From the NCBI GenBank assembly GCA_001949185.1, contig BDGG01000001.1, positions 3,799,324 through 3,863,323 on the forward strand: DNA of 64,000 nucleotides, read 5' to 3'. The position numbers and the translations under genes are program-made. Within the stretch, counting starts at the first letter, position 1; each line of letters starts with the position of its first letter. Shown in pieces: positions 56,901 through 64,000 of this stretch. The notes below the pieces were generated by a model. It did not search any database, was not told where the DNA came from, and saw only the letters and a program-made list of their open reading frames with translations. This stretch comes from Ramazzottius varieornatus. Its lineage: Eukaryota; Animalia; Tardigrada.

Positions 56901-59900
56901 AAGATTCAAAAGCGCCACCACCTTGGCACAGCACTCTCTAGCCACCGCATCGATGGGACTCCTGGACCCAAAGATGTATGCTGTCACTGCCTGTTTCGCC
57001 AACATCAGATCTCCTGGTTCAGCTTGCAGCCTGGCCGAGTAGTAGTCGCCATACCGCATCCATCCTTCGAAGCAGTTCTCATACGTCTGCACCGCTGTCG
57101 AAATGAACCGATGTTCATCATCCATATTGCCCATCCTCGAGCATATCTGGCTCTTCAGCATGTACAGTTCGGCGTGCATCTCCTTGGTGAAGTATGTGGT
57201 AGTGACCGTATCAATGGCATCTAGCCCCAGCTGCAGTTCCTTCTGTTCGCCAGACTGATCGAACAAGGCCAAGCAAGTCTGCACGTACTGCTTGACTCGT
57301 TCGAAACAGTCCATCAGAGGGACTACGGGTAGCGACTGGACTCTGTTAAGAATGTCGGAAGCGAAACGTGGTAACTGTTGAGCTCTGGCTGCTCGAGAGA
57401 AACTGAAATAGTTCTGAGAGATTGTATGTATGGACAGGATTGGAAAGGTGGCTAGACTATTCGTAACGTCGTTGGCGACGATGGAGTGCTGAACTTCGGA
57501 GGCCAGGTTGACCACGTGAGTAAGGACCTTCTCGCGGAAGTCAGCAATCTCGCCCCAGAAGCGCAGATCGTCAGCCTGAGCGGGGACGCGAACCTTCCAG
57601 TTCTTCACCAGGTTCTTCAGCTGAAGCACGTGTTGGACAGTGCAGCTTTGGGGTGAATGGATGCTGGGTAGGAAGTTGAGAAGTTCCTTCAAGTCGGCTA
57701 CTCGCGTTGCCATCTGAAAGCAAAAGAACATTTGCAAGCTTGGCAAACAGAGTCGGCAAGATTGATACGGTGCACGTTTTCAGTGTTACAGGATGAAAGC
57801 GTGCGCCACATGGAAAGAATGATCTTGTCGAGTGGTGTGCCTAGGTCTCATTCTCACCTCGATAAGAGGACGGTGGGCGCCGCTGCCGACTCGTGGCAGC
57901 TGCTTCCACATCTTGATGCAACACTGCTGCAGCACTTCAACCATTCTATCGACGCCTTCCTCTTTGTAGGTATTGGGCAAACTCAGCATGCCTACCTTCA
58001 GAACCTTCTGCAAGGCGTAGTAACTCTTACAGAAGCCCATGTTTAGCTCTTCGCGTGGTGGACACTGTTTGTCTGCACTGGCCATCAGGACGGGAATGAC
58101 GTCAAAGAGGTCTTGATGCCAGGCCGACTCCAGCGCCATACATGGGTTGTTCACTCCTTCGGAAATGGCTACGTTGTACATGGCTGGCCATTGGTTCAGC
58201 TCCTTCAAGATGTCGGTGTACCGCTCAGTCAAAACTTGCAGCTCACCGAACCCTGACTCGTGGGCGGGTTTGTCACGACATTCCACCATGAATGTGTCCA
58301 TGGCCTTCTCGAACGATTCTTTCGCTTCGAAGTACATACCTTGGCGCTCGAAACCCAAGGCCGACCTACGAAACATAAATCCCAGATGAAGCAAGAACAT
58401 GTATTTAGATCTCAAAAACCTACATACAGGAGTGCTATGGTAAACACGCAAAGTTAGGTATGTAGGTGCAGTACAACGCGCGTATTTCGTATTTTTTGTT
58501 CATTAGCTTTTCATACGACGACTGAGGGCCTTACCGAAAGTCGAGCATTGGTCGAGGGACTTGCGGTTCTGACTTGGGTGTCAGCGTTCCACGTAACTGC
58601 CACACAGCAGCCGAGAAGTCTTCTTCACCCAAGACCGCGTACATCTTCTGCAGACATTCTTCCGTCGACCACAGAACGCCATGGACCAGCTGGTTCATCA
58701 CACCAGCGGCGTCACCTTCCCCACCACTGTGTTGTGACCCCTTCGTCCCACCTTTCTGGCCGACTGTGGCATTGAGGGGCGGTAAGGCCAGGTCCTCCAA
58801 ATGCATGGCCGACCGATACCATAAATTTTGCCGCTCTCCCAAGTAGAGAACCGACATGGGATGCAGTTTCAGGCAGATCCCTTCGCACTTACTCATGGCG
58901 TCCCACATGGCTTGAATGGGGAAGTGGACCAAGTCGCGCTGTGCCGAGTGCGACAAAGTCATCAGATACTGCCTATAAGAACAAAAATAGGAAATTGAAT
59001 TTGCTGTTGAGTTACATGAACAGAAATGACGTACTTGTAGTTGACGACAAGCTGGTCTCGTTGTTCCTGGCTGAGAAGTTTCCAAATCTGGGGCACGATC
59101 AGGACCCACATATCGTTAGCAAGCTGGGTCCGAGTGTGGCATAGCTGGAAGCAGCCCTCGATGAAATGACTGACTGTCGTTGCCTTGATCATGTCGTTGA
59201 GCTTGAACACTCGCTCAACAATCGTCCCAATGCTAAGTTCTTTCAGCTTGAGGGTTTCGTCCGATGAAATCTCGGGACTTCCGTTGTCATCGCTGAGGGA
59301 TTCCAGCATCGAGAGATGCGAGGTTCGCACACTGTGTTCGGAGTGATGCTGAAGACTTTCGGCTAACTGAGGGGCACTAACCGGCAGGATCAGCTTTACG
59401 TTGTGAAGGCAAGGCGCGATGGGGTTCTGAAGGTTCTCAGCCGCTCCGAGAAGCGAGTTAACGCAAAAACCTAAAACCAATGATACAACGTCGTATAGCC
59501 ACAGATAAGTGTCTAGCTTTCACACACCTGTAAGACAAAATTAGCCACCGAAAAATGGGCAAGATGGATGGGCGGCGCTAGTTAAAAGTCAGCCACTAGT
59601 AAAAGTTCTACAGGTTAACTCAAACTTTGGTTGGTCACTTTATAGACGGAACCGCCCATCCATCTTACCCATTTTCGAAGGCTATTTTTTTCTTGCCCTG
59701 TATCACGGCGCTTAAGTATGCACTTGAATGAAACAGTGAAGCGAAACTTACTGATGTAGTTTGTGAACTGGCAAGCGTCCCAATGGATGCTAGTGAAAAG
59801 ACAGTTTAGCCTGTCCACCGCGTTGTCCGGGAAGTTTCGTTCGTACAGCTTGTAGAACTTCTTTCGCCAGTCTGGATCGGGATGGCGCATGCCGTAGAGC

Positions 59901-62900
59901 CACGCGTTCATCAGTCTTTGCTGCATGTCTTGCAGCTTCGGGTCGTCTGAAGAGAAGACCTTGTAGATCATGGAGGTGTACAGGGACTGCAGTTCGATAT
60001 CATCGGAGAACTTCTTCTCGATCTGCACTTGGAGTTTCAGGATGAGGACGCCCAGCTCTCTCGGCGTGATCAGCTGCAGCTCGTCCACTCCTTGTTGTGA
60101 AGTGGAGGGTTGAGAGCTTGAGCTGGACGGACCTTGATCAGCTTTCGGTGCTGCTTTCTTCTTCTTTCTCTTCCCGCCCGCTTCTGATTCAGGCTACAGA
60201 GACAAAAAGCATTTTGGTTACACGAAGTCCGCTATGTGGAAAGTTGGTGAGAAACAGCTAGTTAACCGCCACGCTCCTGCATATTCAAACTCGTGCACAA
60301 CTCATCGTACCACGTATGCAGGTGTACGCGGAACGGAGATCACAACAGAAAGGGTTTGTTAAAGGACAGTACCTGTTCTGGTTCATCCTTCTTCTTCTTG
60401 GTTTTCTTCGGCGTGATGATAGCAGGTCCCGCTCTCCCACCGGAAGTCGAGGGACCGCTAGCCACGGTCTTGGATCTTTCCGGCCCACTCAGCCAGTCAC
60501 TAAAGATGCGGATCAAGGCTCGATGAACCCTCACGTCGAGGCTTCTGGCAATCAGGTCCCCGATAACTCCAAGGATGGCTCCACGATGCGAAGTCTGAGG
60601 AGGCACGGGCACAGACAAGAAGCCGGGGAACTTGATGACATCCAGTGCGATGACCACCAGCTCAGCAGACACAAAGCCGTCTTGCATGTTGGCTGCTGGG
60701 TTGGCACCCAGCTTGTTCATGTTCAGGTGCTCTTCCACAATCTTCTTCGTCACGTTAGCCAGTAGCGTCAAGAACCTACATACAGAAAAAAATTTTTCAT
60801 CTCACTTTTTCTTTTTGGGAGGTTTCTCCTCAGAGACCTTTCGATTATTGAAGGAATCTTCGCTATGGTCGCTTTAAGCAGCATCAACGTGCAGAAGATG
60901 TGGACTTGCGATCCAGGCGACGTTCTCTGATACTCTACCAGTCCATCGTGGATGACTTTGATGATTTGCGAGTACAAGTTGTCCAACTGCGGAGGAAGAG
61001 TTCTGTTTACAGGATCTCCCGCCCAAATCTCGCAAATGGCTGACAGCAGCTGGTTCATGCATTTAGCCACCCGTGCGTTGTAGCACTGCGCTACTTTGAT
61101 CAAACAGGCGGACAGGTCCTGAATGACCGCCAGTGCGGACGTGCGAGTTATGACCGGGATGAAAAGCGTCAGGGCTTCCAATGCCAGACAAACACTGGAA
61201 AACGGAGTATGCGCACCCTATGAAAACGGCAGAGTACTTAATTCACAGGAGATTGCTTACAATATTTCGATCCATTTTTCGTCATAAAAAATGCAATTGT
61301 GGGTATAAACTTCGCAATTTGTTCCCTTGCTTACAGGTTGTCCTTGGTCTTGTAGAGCTTGCTTGTTTGCAGCCGAGTCAATGGATAACAGAATCCTGTC
61401 CAGCCACTGCAGCTTCAGGTCGGCATTTACATGCATGTCGCGTCGCATGAAGAACTTGAGGACCTTGATACATTTCCGCCCAAGCGATTCAGTGGCTGTC
61501 TGCTCGCCGAACATGAAAGCCAAGCGCAGCAAAGTGTTGGCGATACCGTCAACCACTCGCGGCTCCAACTGTTTGTCGCTTTCTCCTTTGGACGCAGCCT
61601 GCATGATTGTACTGCGCTTCCTAGCCAGAAGCTGATTCTGCAAGGCGGCAGCTTGTCCTGAAACGAAAATTGACTGCTTTGGTTTGTATCCTAAGTCATT
61701 CTAATTCATCTCAAGTAGATTTCCAAGAACATTTGGAAACTCGTCAAACAGACACCGACATGTGTAGCCTCCCAAATGGCGCACACTTTCAGCCTCTTTG
61801 GTAGAGAACGTGTAGCACTTGATAAAAACGATCTTGTCGAGTTTGTTTGCCGAGCTTTATCTCCAAAACACTAATTGTCAGTTTATTTTTGTTAACTGCA
61901 ATCACTGCAAGATGACAGCTCAAAATACCGTGTGCAGTGAGCGGGGCCGCTCCGATATCAGCTATTCCATCCCCATAGTCGACTTCCAAGTTCTTCCTTT
62001 GCGCTTCCCAGAAGACGATGCACTCTATCACTTCCACAGCAGTGCGTTTGAAGTCGAGCGACGTCGCACTGCTCAAGCCCAGTTTCTGTGCTCCAGCCCA
62101 CATCAGCGTGACGAAGTGGTGTCGATGAAGAAAGAAGAGATGCCTGTGTCGGATGATGGTCTGGTAGATGACGCAGATCTGAACCAGGTTACCGAGGTCT
62201 TCCGTCAGGGCCTTCTTCAGGAAGGCACACAGCAGAACTGCTGCAGCTTGATCTGGCTGCTTGAAGATATTCGGTACCAGGATATCGATGGCTTGCTTGT
62301 TGGCACTTCTTGGCTCGATTTGCCCACCTGCATGTAAAGTTAACCTCCATCAGACGACATCGATACCAGTTTGTATTGATAGGTACGAAAAGGAATGGGA
62401 GGTTGGTACTTACGCTTACCCGTGAAGAGACTGCGTAACACGGGTGGTAGATGGGGAATGGCAATCATCCGAGCGGAGACTACAGCAACGATGTGCTGCG
62501 CTTGGAAGACTGTGGCCGTATCGACCTAAAGAGAAGAAAAACAGTTAGTGAAAATGGCTTGGCCAGATCTTCACTTCAGGTTGCGCAATTTTTCATTGTT
62601 ATTGGCTGAGAGCGTGCGCCACTCGGTAAAACGCTCTGGGTGAATTCATTTGTCGACGTCCCGCTTATATTCTGGCTCGTATTTATTCACCTGAATGTGA
62701 TCGCTGTCTTTTCTTAGGAGGATATGGGTGGCCAACTTGGACGCTGTGGCGTCCAGGGTCTTGAGTAGCGGCAAGGACGATCCCCCAGCACAAGGAAAAG
62801 TCACTTTGACGTCAGGCGTACACTTGTCGATGTTCTCTATGAAGAGACCCAGCAGCTTCAGGCAAGCTGTCTTCAGCCCATCCGACATCCTCATGACAAA

Positions 62901-64000
62901 ACTCGGAGACTTCATGTCGGTGCTCAGAAGGACCTGCAGAGCAACGGCCACCATGTTTTGCATCGGCAACGGCTGTGTCCGATCGTTGATCATCTGATCA
63001 ACTTCCGCTGCAATGAAAAAGAAGTTTACCTCTGTTGCTTCGTATGATTTCCATCCCATGAAAACGGCGACGTGAAAGGGGCTCTCATACCTGCTGAGGC
63101 TTGAAACTGCTGTTTGAGGACTGGTTGGATGACTAGTTCCGCAATATCCGCCAAGTAGTCCTCGTCCTCCTTCTTGTTCTTGACCATATCCAGCCACTTC
63201 AGGAACATGGTTCTTCGGCTCGCTGGTGACAGACTCATCACGACTTGTAGCTCGACAAACCGTCGCCAATGGTTGCCTTCGGCTAACGAACGATGTGAGT
63301 GCTTGGCCATCTCAAAGAGGGCGTCGAGGTCTTCCGGATGTATCCGCACATAAACCATAAGCAACACCAGGAACTTAACAGGTGTCTCCCATGTCTCGTG
63401 AGGCTGGTGGAAGATCCGCTTAAGTCGTGCGGAGAATGTCGGCTTGGCCCACACAGTGCGCATCACCGCGGTTACTTCACCGGAGTCTGCAAGCCACTTG
63501 GCTTCTTTCTTCGTCAGAAGGTAGATTATGCGGATACCAATCGACAAACTATGCCACTCGTGGTCCGAATCGTCGGAAAAACTGTAAAATGATTCAATTA
63601 GAAATATTCTTTCCTCGTTCATCTTATCAGAATAATGCCAGTCTATCATCCACCTGCCTACAACATTCCGCCTTCTTACTACAGCAAGCTTGTGTTTAAG
63701 TGAGCGATGTAGTTATGCACATGATGACTAATCTTTTTGTCCACCAGAGCTCATCTTCATTACTTAATGATTCTCACCAACTTTGATTACTGTAAAATCT
63801 CGTTCAACTCGACGATAGAAATGCCCCACCCGTACACTTCAACCCAGGACCATGAATAGTATTTACGGCGTACGTACGTAAAACCAGCTGATTGCTGGTT
63901 ACACACTCTATTAACATGTCTGTACAGAGTAGCTTGACGTCATTCATGGCACACCAACAGTCAGACGCCTTGAACTCGGTGTCTCCAAAATCGCGCACAA
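53905..64000 (-). CDS. TRRAP: TRRAP/Tra1 (PIKK pseudokinase), 3' part, many exons; the 5' part lies beyond the window
   Basis: FATC DNLCRMDPSWHPWL*; VPFRLTGNL; RKEERILQMF; ERWYEEL; WIPQL; YLGERQNLWY; FERQGMYFEA. The kinase-like region lacks the catalytic DRH/DFG residues, as is typical of TRRAP. Confidence 0.95.
59532..59700. mobile_element. ~170-bp MITE-like fold-back in a TRRAP intron, probably related to the 28740-28908 element
   Basis: aagacaaaattagccaccgaaaaatgggcaagatggatgggcgg mirrors ccgcccatccatcttacccattttcgaaggctatttttttctt. Shares ttggtcacttt and cccattttcga with 28740-28908. Confidence 0.78.
61740..61854. repeat. Intronic fold-back element copy (TRRAP intron 61658-61928)
   Basis: ctcgtcaaacagacaccgaca...cccaaatggcgcacactttcagcc...gcacttgataaaaacgatcttgtcgagtttgtttgccgag. 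Confidence 0.78.
62557..62645. repeat. Intronic fold-back element copy (TRRAP intron, opposite orientation)
   Basis: The spacer tttcattgttattggctgagag is the reverse complement of the family spacer, followed by cgtgcgccactcggtaaaacgctctgg. Confidence 0.72.

Overview
This is a gene-dense eukaryotic window with short GT-AG introns, mostly about 60-300 nt, and roughly balanced GC. It comes from an invertebrate with a compact genome. The CBM14, spaetzle-like and vitellogenin genes suggest an ecdysozoan such as a tardigrade, but that is inference only. In order, it contains: UFD1 (runs off the window start); a decayed multi-exon Mutator (MULE) transposase lying tail-to-tail with a decayed chromo-barrel/MRG-like gene; an nrf-6-type acyltransferase-3 gene; a cluster of three small secreted 4-cysteine peptide genes; a nest of three TIR DNA elements, including a Tc5/pogo-like element with a TTA duplication; a ~19-exon vitellogenin; a divergently oriented Na+/K+-ATPase alpha subunit with candidate alternative first exons; a CBM14 chitin-binding gene; a mucin-stalked spaetzle-like gene; lathosterol oxidase (SC5D); an intronless MATH-BTB gene; and the 3' part of TRRAP. 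The most novel-looking signals are (i) the three-gene secreted C-R-x(8-9)-C-x2-C-x(14-17)-C peptide family, which the ORF track only partly shows, (ii) a ~115 bp fold-back element found seven times, always inside introns, and (iii) the MULE plus MRG-like convergent pair. No rRNA, tRNA or CRISPR array was seen. Exon boundaries were read by eye and may be off by a few nt.
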